DNA of 53,439 bases, filler included, from Sluysia triapertura (Eukaryota): the NCBI GenBank assembly GCA_046118255.1. It is 4 parts of 4 records of this genome, joined end to end, with 100 filler letters (N's around TTAATTAATTAA, not from the genome) between each part and the next. Parts side by side here need not be neighbours in the genome. Positions count along the whole stretch, not along the records: positions 12,407 to 29,741 come from JBJNIA010189053.1; 3 more parts are not named here. One strand, 5' to 3'. Positions 12,407 through 26,189 of this stretch are shown one piece after another (the first letter of the stretch is position 1; every line of letters starts with the position of its first letter). The position numbers were made by a program, and so were the translations under genes. Under the pieces are notes generated by a model, which did not search any database, had not been told where the DNA came from, and worked only from the letters and a program-made list of their open reading frames with translations.

Positions 12407-13160
12407 TTCTTTATTAATAAATTTTCGAATATGTGATATTTTACTTAATTGATATTTACACTTTTTAACAATACAATTAATATGTTCATTTTTGAATCCA
12501 CATAACATCTTATATTTCGAACTATACCACCTACAATTAACATTGTTTCATTTATTTTGGTGGTGTCGCTATTTTTATTGCTGAAGATTATAAAATCTGA
12601 CTTTTCTTCATTGATTATTTTCAAGTATTTATTTCCAAACTATTTTATCAATTTAGATACTAGTTCTTTAAATAGTATCTTCTATATTGTTCATTTCAAA
12701 TTCAGTATATATTTGTATATGGTATTTAAAACCATGTGATTCGATTACACTTGAAAATTAAAATAAAAAAATAATTACAATTTATAACTACTTACATAAA
12801 TAATATGATAATATTTCTAAAAAATATGCAATTAATTATCATCGTACATAATGCAACCTCATTTGCTAACAACAGACAATATTTCAATATTTTATTTGTC
12901 TTTAATTTGACATTTATCAATTTTTACAAACCAAGTGTGTATGCTGAATTTGTAATTTTATGATCTACATTTGACCTTGACATATCATTGGACAACATTA
13001 ATAGAAATACAATTTCCATTGAAATGCAATATGAATATGTCTAGCGGTACTGCACAATGAACTGCAAAGATATTTTCTTTAAAAAAAGCGTAAATTTATT
13101 GCTGTATATAAAGAATTTATTATTTTGTTTATTTTTAATATAATTTTTACATTATTCCAG

Positions 13161-13323
13161 ATGAGTTGGAATGATACATTAGTTGGACCTAAAGACGAAA
13201 TTTTAGATTCTTACGAGCCAATGAAACCATTACTAATTGCTAGAAACATTCGCATCATACCGTATAGCATTAAAACAATGGTAGTTTGTCTAAAAATACA
13301 ATTATATGGTTGTAGCTATACAT
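13161..13323 (+). CDS. Exon encoding the C-terminal part of a discoidin (F5/8 type C) domain, DDR-like
   Basis: TTCCAG| acceptor and |GTAAGA donor. Translation PLLIARNIRIIPYSIKTMVVCLKIQLYGCSY matches the DDR-type PxxARxVRxxP...VCLRVELYGC motif. No stops; other exons not found. Confidence 0.7.
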
Positions 13324-16093
13324 GTAAGATTATTATTATTATTATCATTATCGCTATTATTATCATAGTTAATAATAATATTATTATTATTAAAACAATT
13401 AAAATTCTAACATTAAATTTTTTTCCACAAAAAATGTTTCATTTGAATTTTTCAATTTTTTTTGTTTGCTTTTTAAATATTTCTTTATTTCAATAGTATA
13501 AATTCTTTTCAACTCGAGAATTATTACAAATTTTGTTTATGCTAAATTTATTTTAGAAAATGGCAGCTTCTTTAAATATGTTTAAGTCATTAAAATTGTG
13601 TCTGTAAAAATTATTTGAAAATGTATTTTTCAATTATTATTATTATTAGTTTTGGCTCAATTTCAAATTTCAATTAACAATCGCTTAGTTTCATATTTTA
13701 TATTTTCTCATAATAATAATGACACACACATACACACGTATGTATTCACTTCTCACATGCACACACTTATATAATCACTTCTTCACATGTACACACACAA
13801 ACATTCAAAATATACGTTATTATTTTTAACCTAATATTATTCAGTTTACCCCTTCCGCGACTATTCCAATGCTACTCTATTGGCTAGCCTGAGACACATT
13901 CACGTATTGTTTACAGTCTTAATTATGATATTTATAAGTAATTATTTTATAGGAAAAATGTTTCCATTATCCAATTAGACATTCAATTCCTATTTTTTAT
14001 ATTATTATCAATTTCATCACAATTAAACGCATGACTCAAAAAAACATACTCAAATCGAATTTAAATTATTTATTTATTAATTTAATTACGTTTATGTTAT
14101 ATTTATGTACTTATGAAATATTTATATAATATAAAAATAAAATTCTAAATTCTAACTTACCAATAAAATAACACGAATATTCCTATTTGTTTACGATATT
14201 ACACTTGCACAACTACGATAAAACTAATCTGCATACTTCTCATATAGTACAGTGGTCGTATAGTGGTCCGAACTTGACGATAATGACGAGTCGGTGCAAA
14301 TAAAACATTTTCTTATTGGACCATCTTCGACATATAACAAATTACATAAACGTTTCAATGTTTATGTTACCTCAGCTTTGGAGGAATCTAAAAATTGCAA
14401 TATCGGGGCTGCCACGACAGTGGACAGCAAAAAATTAATGGAATAATATAGTTGATTCCTATCGTAATATCGTAAACATGTCTATTTTCTAAACAGGTGT
14501 ACCTTCTAGAATACTGAAACACATAATAATAATATTAATAATAATAATTATTATTATTATTATATTATAATAATATTATTTTAATAAAATAATTACAATA
14601 ATTATTATAATAAAGATAATAATAATAATGTTTATCATTATTATCATTATCATTAACATTATATTAATTCTAAAATGTGCAATGTTTACGCGATCATTGT
14701 CCACGTTTTTGTTCTACAGTTTCGAATAATTTTTGTAGATTTACTCAATTAAATTCTCAGATTATTGATAAAATATTTATATACCTTATTTTGGATTGAA
14801 GTGATCAAAGTGATGCATCTTGTATTCTCGTTCTCTCGTGTAGTCAACCAGTTGTAACGTGTTTAAAAACTTGTGTGTTGCTTTATCAAGCGGTTAATTT
14901 GTAGAAATTGGAGACATTTGAGAATTCGTGTTGAACAATCTGACTAAACATCCGTGTCTCATCGCAGTGGAATGTTGGTCTAGTTATGTCTAGTTATGAT
15001 GAGATCTTTTCAATCGTTTGTAAAATGATAAATGTTAAGGATGAGTAAATTTACTTGAATGTTGAATAGTCTGATTTAGAAATATTTAAAGAGATAATGT
15101 TACAACTTGCGTGAGTATTAAAGTGTACGATGCACGATGTTATAAGAAATGAATTTAATATCACTTTAATATTGTAAAGAAGTAAATTGTTTAAATTTGT
15201 AGATGATTTGTAAGACGATGGTTTAGAGTCAGAAAGTTTTATTGAATAACGTTGTGAATTGATTGATTGTCAGATAAAGAATGTATGAAGGACTTTCTTC
15301 GAATATGTGATTTGGATTGGGCATTTTTGAACATATTATTTACGATGTCTTAGTATGAGTTGAGCCATCACCACATTTCCTAGAGTCATCATCAAATCTA
15401 TATACATTTATGTTTATAATCTGATTTCTGTGAAATACCCTAGGTAGTACATAGTATTTTTTACCTAGACCACTAATTTTCTACATTTATTTTCAATAAT
15501 ATTTTTAATATTTATACTTATTCACATTCGGTGGTTGTGTTGTTTTGTATTTGTTGTGTTTGCTGCCCTACATATCTTATATTTGTTCATTTATTGATAT
15601 TTAAGTTTGCTTTCCACATCTCTTACTTTCTATCATTATTTTCTTTTATTTACTTGTTAGATTAAATTTATTTTTTGAGATATTTCTTTCTTATTTTAGG
15701 TTTTACTTTAATTTTTAATTATGAAATAAATTATCACAAAAATAATAATAATTATTATTATTACTATTATTATTTGATGTTATAATGACTTAATGAATAT
15801 TCTTTTATGTAATATGCGCGGATATCAAATGACAATGAGTTTGAATATGTAAAATATGTAAAAATACATGTAGCAATTAATTAACATATTTAATTTATTC
15901 AAAGATCGATAATAGTTGATAAAACGAGACAATTAATTGATTGAATGATGCTTAATAATAATTATTATCATTATTATTATTACATTAATCATTAATATTA
16001 TTATTACTTTTGTCTCTTATTCATAAGGGTTGGTTAATAGAATACAAACATTAACATTTTTATGATTCGATACATTTTGTCACGTTAGAGTAT

Positions 16094-16102
16094 AATAATA
16101 AC

Positions 16103-16138
<36 letters not shown>

Positions 16139-16466
16139 CATCATCATCATCATCATCATCATCGTCATATTTATATTCATAAAAATAATATTAATAAAAA
16201 TGATAATAATAATAATAACAATAAAATAAAAAAAATAATAATTTTAATATTAATAATAACGATGATAATTATAATAAGCATCATCATAATCATGTCCATA
16301 ATAATAAAATTAATAATAATATTATAAGAATAACAATAATAATAATATTAATAATAACACACATAATTTTAATAATAACAATAATGCTAATATTAATAAT
16401 AAGAATAATAATAATATTAAAAGTAATAATAATAAACAACGACAATAATAATTATTATTATTATTA
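16094..16466. repeat. (AAT)n/(CAT)n low-complexity tract
   Basis: Perfect AAT run then CAT run, followed by degenerate AAT repeats. Confidence 0.9.
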
Positions 16467-17492
16467 TGTTTTACTGTCATCGTATGGTTATGTTAATATT
16501 TGTTTCCTAGGAAAGTACTTAATCGGTTACACAGGATTTTAGATAGAAAAATTAAAGCTATTGAGAACGTTTCAACCTGTTTCATTTTGTCAATTTATTT
16601 AAATTTGATATTATATTCGTAGTAAGGCCTGAGGTCGATCGTCACACATGTACGTGTTTCGTTATCATTTTATTTTGACTCGATTTTATAAGTGTTCCGC
16701 GGATTATCCATGGAAACATACATATTTGAATTGTTTTATCATCATTTAGATATGCATTTATATATGTCAGTTAATGATTTTTTAAAATGATAAAGGTCAC
16801 TCTATTAAATCTATGTTAAACTTCACTTTTCTCAAACTAAAGTTGTATTTTTATGTTGCTTTTTCTTAGATGAGCCGCGGAATATACATGGAACTTTACA
16901 TGGAACTTGTCTTTCCATTTAAGACAACGTCTCTTTGAGGATACTTTTCCCATCCTTATGTCTTTCCGAATATTAAATTTATTTATTCAATTATTTGTTT
17001 AACTTCAACAATTTTTAAAATTCAATAAAATTCTAATATGTGTCTCGTTTCGGCATTACTGAAGGAAATATGTCACGTATAATGACATACAAACTAAAAG
17101 ACTCTGATGTTTCCACAGCGAACCTGGTCGAATCACATAATTAAAGACCTTTGTTGAAACAAATCCAGTTCAAAGCTTCGAGTTTCGAAGATGAAAAGAA
17201 ACCAACATAAAATAAGGACCACGCATTTGTAAATATTTGCTGGAAGAATATTTCATTGATATGCGATTCTTTTAAAGGATGACGAACAATAAAAACGAAT
17301 GGCTTAATAAAAGCGAGTTTGTTCAGATGATAAAACACAAAAATAAACTATAAAAAAGGCAGATAAATAACAATATACGTAACCATAAAACAAACTTTAT
17401 TCGACAATTCAAAATGTATCTACAAAATCCCCTCAAAAATCAATATTATCATTTCCCAATGGTTTCTATGAAATACACATAATTCTGTTCTA

Positions 17493-18265
17493 CCGTGTTT
17501 CGAGATGATTTTAATTTAAGACTTACCCCTAAAATAAGGCCTGGGTGATAACCGATTAGGATAGGTAATAAAAGTCAATGAATGGCTCAAACGGCTTTCA
17601 CTGCATTCTTTAGGCATATGTTTCTGTATTTAACCATTTCAGCCCCGAATTTTTTTCCTTAAGATATATGGTGATTTATTGTCTTTATAGATGATAATTT
17701 AGGAAAAATGTAATTACGTTCAAGGTAATCTTTATATCTGGAGGAAGCTAAAATTATGTTCTTCGTATTACTTTAGTAGGATCTTGCATAGCAGTTGTGT
17801 AAGAGAAAAAATCGCCATATGGTGGTCCCGGGGCTGAAAGGGTTAAATTATAATACATTGTGAGATACTTTCATTGTCAAAGCTTTCTGGTTCCCTTTCT
17901 GAGTCTGCGACCGACTGTAACAATCATCCAAGTACGACTTTATTAACTATTGTCGAAGCATTTCTCCCTATCTGAGCAATATCCACGAGTGTGACTTAAA
18001 ATAATGAAATTCAGTTAAATGAATACTTCGCAGAAACTGAGGAATTTACAAAAATTTTCAGAGGACGACGATATATGGTCATTTGTGTATGATTCTTAGA
18101 TATAAAACGTGTTATACATTAGTAAATGTAGATCGGTTTTCATGCATTTTGTATATTAAGAAATTTCAAATATAATTCTATACTTTGTAACTTTGTTTTC
18201 GATAGATGAAAATAGGACATCCTCGGCAAAATAATAAGCCCTGTCTTATTTTCGGGAAAACATGG
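17493..18265. mobile_element. Non-autonomous pogo/Tigger-like DNA transposon (TA TSD)
   Basis: TA|CCGTGTTTC...TAAGAC.TACCCCTAAAATAAGGCCT at left and AAATAATAAGCCCTGTCTTATTTTCGGGAAAACATGG|TA at right: degenerate TIRs with AAAATAAG subterminal motifs. Confidence 0.65.
17634..17842. mobile_element. 209-bp piggyBac-like MITE nested in the pogo-like element
   Basis: TTAA|CCATTTCAGCCCCG ... CGGGGCTGAAAGGG|TTAA: 14-bp TIR with 1 mismatch and a TTAA TSD. Confidence 0.85.
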
Positions 18266-19267
18266 TATAAATATGCTTCGTTAATTTGCATTGATTAATG
18301 TTAATTCTGTTCTATATTATATTAATTTCACATCTGTATTTATATCTGTTATATTTATTAGTTCACACATTCTTCGTGTTTGTTGTTAAATATTGTTTAT
18401 TCTTTGTTATGATTTGTATTTTTGAAATACTTTTAGAATTTCTAAGTTTTACGCGATATTATTAGAGTTTTGTAGCAAAAATTTTTATTTTATTCGTAAT
18501 TTGACGTTCTTGGACGTTTGAAAGTATAATTAGCTTCTAATTGATTCTCGATGAGCAGTCCAACAATTGTGACCTATTCAATAATCAAATAATGATTATG
18601 ATTGATAGTCATCAAGAATTGTCTACAGAAATAATCATCATCACCACATTTTGTTCGTATTTCAACGATCAGATGGATCGTTGAAGATTTTCACCTTTGA
18701 TCTTACAACTTCTTCAAATAATGTTTCTGTGTCATTTCTAAATTCTTTTCTTTTGTACTATTGTTGTGGCCCTTTTATTCAGCTATTTATTTTGTTAACA
18801 AGTTGGCCACATGTTATATAGTCTTGTTTCATTTTACTAATAAGTTGATGGTATCTAGGTGTTTATTTATTTATACATTCACTTAGAATTCAATTACTGA
18901 TCAGTTAACGATTGTTTAGTACTTTGAAATAATCATTTATTTAAATAATCAATTTACATATATATACATTTGCACTAAACATTATTCGATAAAAATGATT
19001 TAGATTTATTCTTTACATTCGAAATAAGCATTCTTAACATGAACTCGTGGATCCTCATCCAGTTACATTATTTTAATTTTACATTATTAAATTTCCTAAT
19101 GTCTTACCGTATGAATACCTTTATTTACCTAGAATGCATTACTTATTTGCATTACAAAACTTACTATTTCCATCAAGATGGCATCCAAGACATTCCACGA
19201 GCTTCAATAAATACCACTTCTAGATATCATGTCACTGGTACTACAGAATTTTAATCACAATCGCGTT

Positions 19268-19840
19268 ATAATAATAATAATGATAATAATGATAATAATA
19301 ATGAAAATAATAATAATAGTAGTAATAATAATGATAATAATAAAAGTATTAGTAATAATAGTTATAATATTAGTAACANNNNNNNNNNNNNNNNNNNNNN
19401 NNNNNNNNNNNNNNNNNNNNNNNNNNNNNNNNNNNNNNNNNNNNNNNNNNNNNNNNNNNNNNNNNNNNNNNNNNNNNNNNNNNNNNNNNNNNNNNNNNNN
19501 NNNNNNNNNNNNNNNNNNNNNNNNNNNNNNNNNNNNNNNNNNNNNNNNNNNNNNNNNAAAAATAACGAAAATAATAATAATTATAATAATAATGATAATA
19601 GCAATAATAATAAAAATAGTAATGATAATAGTAATTATAGTGATGATAATAATAATAATGATAATAGTAAAAATAGTTATAATAATTATAATAGTATTAA
19701 TAAAATAGTAATAATAAAATAGCAATAATATTAATAGTAATAATAATAATAATAATAATAAAATATAATAATAATAATAATAATATAATAATAATAATAT
19801 AATAGTAATAATAAAATAGTATTAATAGTAATAATAGTAA
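19268..19840. repeat. Degenerate (AAT)n tract spanning an assembly gap (19379-19557)
   Basis: AAT/AGT/GAT triplet repeats; these explain the Ile-rich ORFs in the track. Confidence 0.9.
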
Positions 19841-21955
19841 AAATATTAGAATATTTTGAGAAAATAATAAATTTATTTATATTTAATCAATCTAACATCA
19901 GAAAAGCTCAGACTGGTTCTAAACATGTGACCCGTATCAGAAAAATATGATAAATAATAAAATATATTGTCACATATTCCATTATGTTTTATTTAACTCG
20001 AATATATTTAGAATTTTTTAATTTTCCAAAATTTCACGTTTTTGTGTTTTTTTAGGTGGGCCTATTTTTGAGNNNNNNNNNNNNNNNNNNNNNNNNNNNN
20101 NNNNNNNNNNNNNNNNNNNNNNNNNNNNNNNNNNNNNNNNNNNNNNNNNNNNNNNNNNNNNNNNNNNNNNNNNNNNNNNNNNNNNNNNNNNNNNNNNNNN
20201 NNNNNNNNNNNNNNNNNNNNNNTGTGGTTGTTTATGAAAGATAAGTTTATGCCTTATAAGATAAGCATTTTATAAATGCTATTAAGGTCCGGTTGTTTCT
20301 TATTTAATAAATTGCTTAAGAAAATGTCAGATGTTAATTTAATATTAACGTAGATAAGTCACTTTAATAAATCAGTTTATAATTGTAAAACTTATTCAAA
20401 TTTTGTCTGGAGGTATGAATTCTAAGATTCGTTTCGATAGTGTCAAATGGAAGAGCTTAAAAATTCTACTATTTTAAAAGTTATTTTTTTGTATATGCTC
20501 TGATAATGACTTAACTTTATTAAATTTGTTCAATTAGCTGTAACAATTTTTATTCTTACTTTAGACCCTTCAATTTCAACTTAATGTAATGTAATGTAAT
20601 TTCCTTTAGTGATTCAACTTTCAACTCCCTTTACTACTATCTAAAATTAAAATAAAATTAAACTACAAAAATACAATTTTTTTTATTTCTTTTATAAAAT
20701 AAACAAAATTATAATTTATATTAAAAATATTTAATAATAAAACTTCAATAATCGGGCTAAAAATAATTAATCTCATTTTTTAATATTATTGATTCGTCAT
20801 TAGACAATATCACTATATATTAAATTCTCGAATAGTCAATTCTCGAGTGATGATAAATTTTCTCGAATAAGCTTCTCGAACAGTGGTAAATTTCTTGAAT
20901 AATATGTTTCCTAAATAATAGTAAACTTCTTGAACAATAAGTTTCTTGGACAATAATTGTAGGAATATGTTGCAGAAGATCTTAAAATAACGTGCCCAGC
21001 ATTACCGTTAGGAAGAAGTCTACGTTTTAGTAAATTTTATGAAAACTTTGCATGATTGAAAGTAAATAAGCGCATAATTTATAAATTCAAAAGTGATGGA
21101 ATATTTAATCAATTTTACCTGATTGTGCTTGTGGGATTTGCTTTTGTACGTTATAAAAGACGTTTTCGATGTAACAATAAACTTTTTACATTTCAGTTAA
21201 ATTTTAGTTAAATGTCTTGATGATCTTGGTAAATTTTGTAAAACAATTAGTTTTAAGTGTTATTCATATTTTAAATTTACTTTTAACTCTCAAGTCAAGT
21301 TTAAGTGCCTTAAGCACTACTGCATACAAAATTTAATAATAATAGCAACAAATATAATATAAATTGTAATTATAAGCAAGTACATCGAACCCAACTAAGG
21401 CAATTTAAGATTTATAAGAGCAGAAAGATTACTTAGTTCGTTAAGAGTGTTTTTGTATATAATCTGCTTATTTTGATCGAATCATGATATCATTGTGCGG
21501 GCGAAGTAATAATTTAAATAAATGAGTGGTTCAATATTAAAGATAGCAAATTGAATCAGAGATGCAATAGATAAGCAAAAGAGTTTCAAGGACAGTCTTG
21601 TTTCACAACAACATTATCTGGAACAGTAGAATAAATATGAGGGCCAACAGAATAAGTACAAGAATTATATTTATAGAGGTTCTTGATTAGATTAAGAGTA
21701 GGCTTCTGCAAACTGCAATTATCAAGAAGCCAGAATAAGTATTATGAGGAACTTAATCGAAAGCATGGAAGAAGTTTAACGAACAAATTAATCTAATTCA
21801 TTAACAAATTAAGTGAAGTGTAGATAATTATCATAAAGGTTCAAGAAATATTTGTAATTTATTTTTGATGGTTAAGTAAATGTATGTATGGTTTAATGAT
21901 AATAGTTTATTTGTATATAAGGTCGAAAATCACCATTATATTTTTGTAATTTCAG

Positions 21956-23377
21956 AAACAATTAGAAGAACAGATAGCAGAACAAGCTAGAATTGCTGCA
22001 GAAGAAAAAGCAGCAGTGGAAAAAAGTTTGAAAGAAAAACGGAACAAAGAAAAGAAGGTTTACAATCATCGAATAATTTTAATTATTTATTCTAAAATTT
22101 TAATAAAATTTCAAATAATTTCTTTTAACATTTTTATAACTAAATTAGTTATTTTTCATTATATTATCATAAAATTATAACAAAAGCCATTATTCGTGAA
22201 AATAATGAAATAATTGTAAGAATAATGATACTAAAATGTGCCATATCTTCAACTAAGCAAACAAACAGAATTAACGTAAGCAGAAAAAGAGAGTTAAATT
22301 ACAATATTTAATTTGATGGTACTACATCATAGAATATATATTACAAACATTCTTAAAGTAGCTTGGCATATTTCCATTCAATCATCTAACATTTATTTCT
22401 TTATTTATCGATGATTTATAAAATATATTTGTTTTATTTGTTTACGGGCTTTGGTTTAGAGGTTGGATGTTAAATGTGGAAAAAGTATTCATTCTGAGGT
22501 AGAAATACAACATAAAAATTTACGCATATGGCATGTATGTAAGATTTTAAGATGATTGATATATCCGCTTTGTCCGTCAACGAGTTAAATGATATTAAAA
22601 TTATTATTAATTATTATTTAATTATGAACTTTTAATAATACTCATTTGGAAACATTTAATAATTTTGTTATCTAATTCAGAAAGAAGAATTAAGAAAGAA
22701 AATGATTAAATTGGAAAAAGAAAAGGAAGACAAAGCTAATAAGTTTTATCAAAATCTACTCCTGAAACATTAAGGAGTTAAAACATGGTCGAAAATTTTA
22801 ACAATTAATGTTAATAATAATTGTAAAACTATTAATCATTACGAAATGACACTGTTAAGGAAAATATTTAAACCATGGTTGTTATATTTTCAATAAGAAA
22901 GAAATTATAAAAATAAAATAACCTTTGAATTGTATTCTAAACACATTTTGAAGAAATATTTTCATTATTTCAAAATTTACAAGAACAGAAGATTATTATA
23001 TCAATAATTTAATCAAAAAATGTTTTCAGGAATGGAAGTTGTTCAATCATCGAGAACAAATGAGAATTGAACGCCAAGAATATATTGCAGATAATCATTA
23101 TGAATTGTAATTAAAAAACAATGGTTTAAATTCTAACTAATTGAAATTATAATTATGATTATTTCTTTATATTACAAACATTAGTAATTTAAATACAAAT
23201 ACATATTTTATATAGTTATTTAAAAAAATCGATAATTTGTTTGTGACTTGTTAAATGTATTATGGATATGGAGCATTACTTAAAATGAGACGAAGATGTT
23301 TCAAAATCAATTCCACATTTTTCGTGAATCTATGGCTTTCAGTTGGACTTTTGAAAGCTACAATGATGTATTTTAAA
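21956..23377 (+). pseudogene. CCDC191-like (coiled-coil/Sfi1-like repeat) unprocessed pseudogene fragment
   Basis: Exon 21956-22057 (CAG|KQLEEQIAEQARIAAEEKAAVEKSLKEKRNKEKK|GT). Exon from 22681 reads KEELRKKMIKLEKEKEDKANKFYQNLLLKH*GVKTW...NHYEMTLLRKIFKPWL...*; later QEWKLF...IADNHYE and VSKSIPHFR. Resembles the CCDC191 C-terminus; contains in-frame TAA stops and frameshifts. Confidence 0.55.
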
Positions 23378-23379
23378 GC

Positions 23380-24006
23380 TTGTTATTATACAAGACCATC
23401 TGTTTTTTAAGTAAATTATCTTATGATTTTAAAAATGTTTACGATATGTATAAAGAAGATCATGTTATTATAAACAAAGGTTACTGTTATGATTCCTTTT
23501 TGATAGCGTTGATGAGAATTATTAAAAGTAAATTGTTTGAAATTTATTGTATACATTATGATTATACTCGTTTATTATAATATCCATCGACGGATGCATC
23601 ACTTGAAACTAGTTTTCACAAAGTTCTCGACTATTCTTCGTATAGTTTAACTAACAATGATATAATTTACAATTATGTTAATAAGAATAAAGAAAAATTT
23701 AACATTCGAGATAGTTTCAATAAAGAAAAATTATCGTATTCTGGGAATGTTATCATAAACACTAGACAATGTATAACGATTATGATTACATTTTTCCATA
23801 TTTCTCTTTTGTTAAACATTATTTTATTTTATCGTTTACTGCAAAATAAACAATTAATCAAAGAAACAGTGTGTTTAATAATGTTTATGTTATCACTTAT
23901 ACTATCGAATTTCAATAAAGAATACCGAATTGTCCTGTGTAGTACCGCTAGTTTTATTATTAATCTTGTTTATCTTATTTGTTTACTTGTTATATTTTAT
24001 GTATAA
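23380..24006 (+). pseudogene. ~208-codon frame with one internal TAA, ending in three hydrophobic segments (unknown membrane protein)
   Basis: Track ORFs 23380-23580 and 23782-24006 are in the same frame and the sequence between them is open. Confidence 0.35.
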
Positions 24007-24179
24007 TACAATATCATACTTTGTTACTGTTGTAAATTCATTGATTTTTACAGGTTCTAAGCCTATTTCGTTTATAATTATAAAGTCAAAGTTAATTTGT
24101 TTTTCTTTATTAATGTTATAAAACTTTTAAACAAAACATTCAAAATAAATAAAAATATTAATGGTTTTGTAAAAATAAA

Positions 24180-25195
24180 TTTATTATCGCCCTCATAAGG
24201 ATGTTCTGGAATTATATGTGGGACGTTGAATTTGTTTAATATTTCAATTATGGATGATATATCTTTTTTATCCTACCAATACAATAAATAATAATGATAA
24301 AGATAAAATTTAAAATGCAAGCTACAAAAGTTACAAAAGCAGATTGTACTGATAAAAGGATAAGTTCGAGTTACTAATTATATGTTTCATGCATTATGGT
24401 AATATGTGATTTTATCATTAAATAGCATTCAAGTTGTGGGTGGAAGTTGTCATTCTGCACATAAAGCAATATTAAAAAAGATTTTAAATTGTAATCATGA
24501 TACTGAATCTAGAACATTAACTACTATTGGATACAATTCAAATAAAAGTCATAAAATGGAATGGATTGAAAAATTAAAAAGTTTGAAATTTGTGGTTTAT
24601 TATTGTTGGATTTTTTCAGTCATCCAAAATATTTGATTCCAAATGTAAATGTTCACTTGGAATTGAAAAAAAATAAAACAAACTTTTACCTTGTACGACT
24701 AATTAAGTTGAGCCATTAGTTTTAGTCGGACACCAATTAGGTTTACAAAAATTTATCCATTTTGTCAAATTAAACTTATAATATGTAGTATACAAAGGGA
24801 TAATTTTGATTTTATGATGATAAAATGTTTGGTTATTTACGAACCATTAAAATAAGATGCCTCAAGTTTTACACATAGTAATGTCTATCGAGAAACTTAT
24901 GCAATGAATTTTGATTGTATAAATGCAGTTGTTAAATCAAATATACAATCAATTATTAAAGATTTAGTATATCTTAATTAAAAGAAAACAGTGGAATAAG
25001 AATGGCTGATTTCAATCTAGAACATCTTTTCTTAATATTTTAACTTGCACCTGATTTTTATATCGATCAAAATAATTACGAAAACAAGAAAATTTGAGAT
25101 TATATCTTAAATTTGCTAAATGTTTTGACTTATGGTGCAAATACACATAAATAATGTTGGAGTCGTCAAAAGATAAAGTGATTGTAAGAGTATCA
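24180..25195 (+). mobile_element. Polinton/Maverick major capsid protein (PY) pseudogene
   Basis: VTNYMFHALW*YVILSLNSIQV...SAHKAILKKILNCNHDTESRTLTTIGY and LDFFSHPKYLIPNVNVHLELKKNKTNF resemble Polinton capsid blocks (NNxLHSLFSQVDVxLN...YAYKAYIETLLNY; DxFxQxKYLxNGVDxRxKLxR). F*LAPD lies near the end. Confidence 0.65.
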
Positions 25196-26189
25196 TAGCT
25201 TTAAGTTAATTTATAATTATATTTATTAATTAATTTAATTAAAATTGTTTGAAAATAACTTTTTAATCAATAACTTTCTTAGTGATGTTTGCATAGGAGC
25301 TGGTATCATAAAAAAATTACAATATGAAATTTATCAGTGTTAAGAACACCAAGATAATGTAAAATCATTTGTTTTAATTAATTTCTTTATTATATTGAGC
25401 ATAGATAGTAAAATATATGTCAAACTAACGCTAATTAAAAGATGTTATTGAAATATGTTATTGAAATTCACGTGACGTACCGTCAACGTGTTGTGTAATG
25501 TATCAAATATTATTATTGATATTTTATATTTGATTAGATTTATATTCAATTTAAGTTAAGCATTATATATCAATAAGTATTATTATAACCATTATGTTAA
25601 ATTTTAATTTTATTATTTTACCACAAAACTCATTGCCTTTGGATAATTGCTACATAATGTTAAGGCCGAAATTCGACAAAAATTTATGTTCAAATCGGAT
25701 TAATAAAATTGGCCGGCATAAAATTGACTCTAATTAATAATTAATAATGAATTCGAATTATCGCCACCATAGATATTATCTAAATTATATAAATAACCAT
25801 ATTTTTCTATCATTTCACACAGAAAATTATTGCTTTTGCCGTAAGAAGGCTGATTCAATACAATAGTGGCAAGCATTGATTGAATCTTAGAAATCTGATT
25901 AAATTTTATCTTCTAGCCTACTTATTTGCAGTTAGTTTCTTCTTGAGCTTTATTGTTTATTTATTGTTATTTGGATACTAACATTTATTTGCGTTGTTAT
26001 AATTTAAGTGATCAAAATATAAAATCACTTATTTCTAACAGAATGATAGTTGAATTAAGAGAAATTTAAAATCATTTAAGAAATATCATAATCAAAAAAG
26101 GAGCCAAGGTAAAGTTTAATAAGAATAGTGAAATTAAAGAGAACTACCTAGGGCGTACGATAATGATTTTATAAATTTCGTAACTGATT

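Noticed and set aside
19165-19225. Voltage-gated channel S3-like exon on the minus strand (GIY*SSWNVLDAILMEI|GTAAGT)
   Set aside because: Too short, contains a stop, and has no supporting neighbouring exon.
19229-19725. Long Ile-rich ORFs (also 38045-38305, and N-spanning ORFs at 20056 and 34417)
   Set aside because: Products of AAT microsatellites and N gaps.
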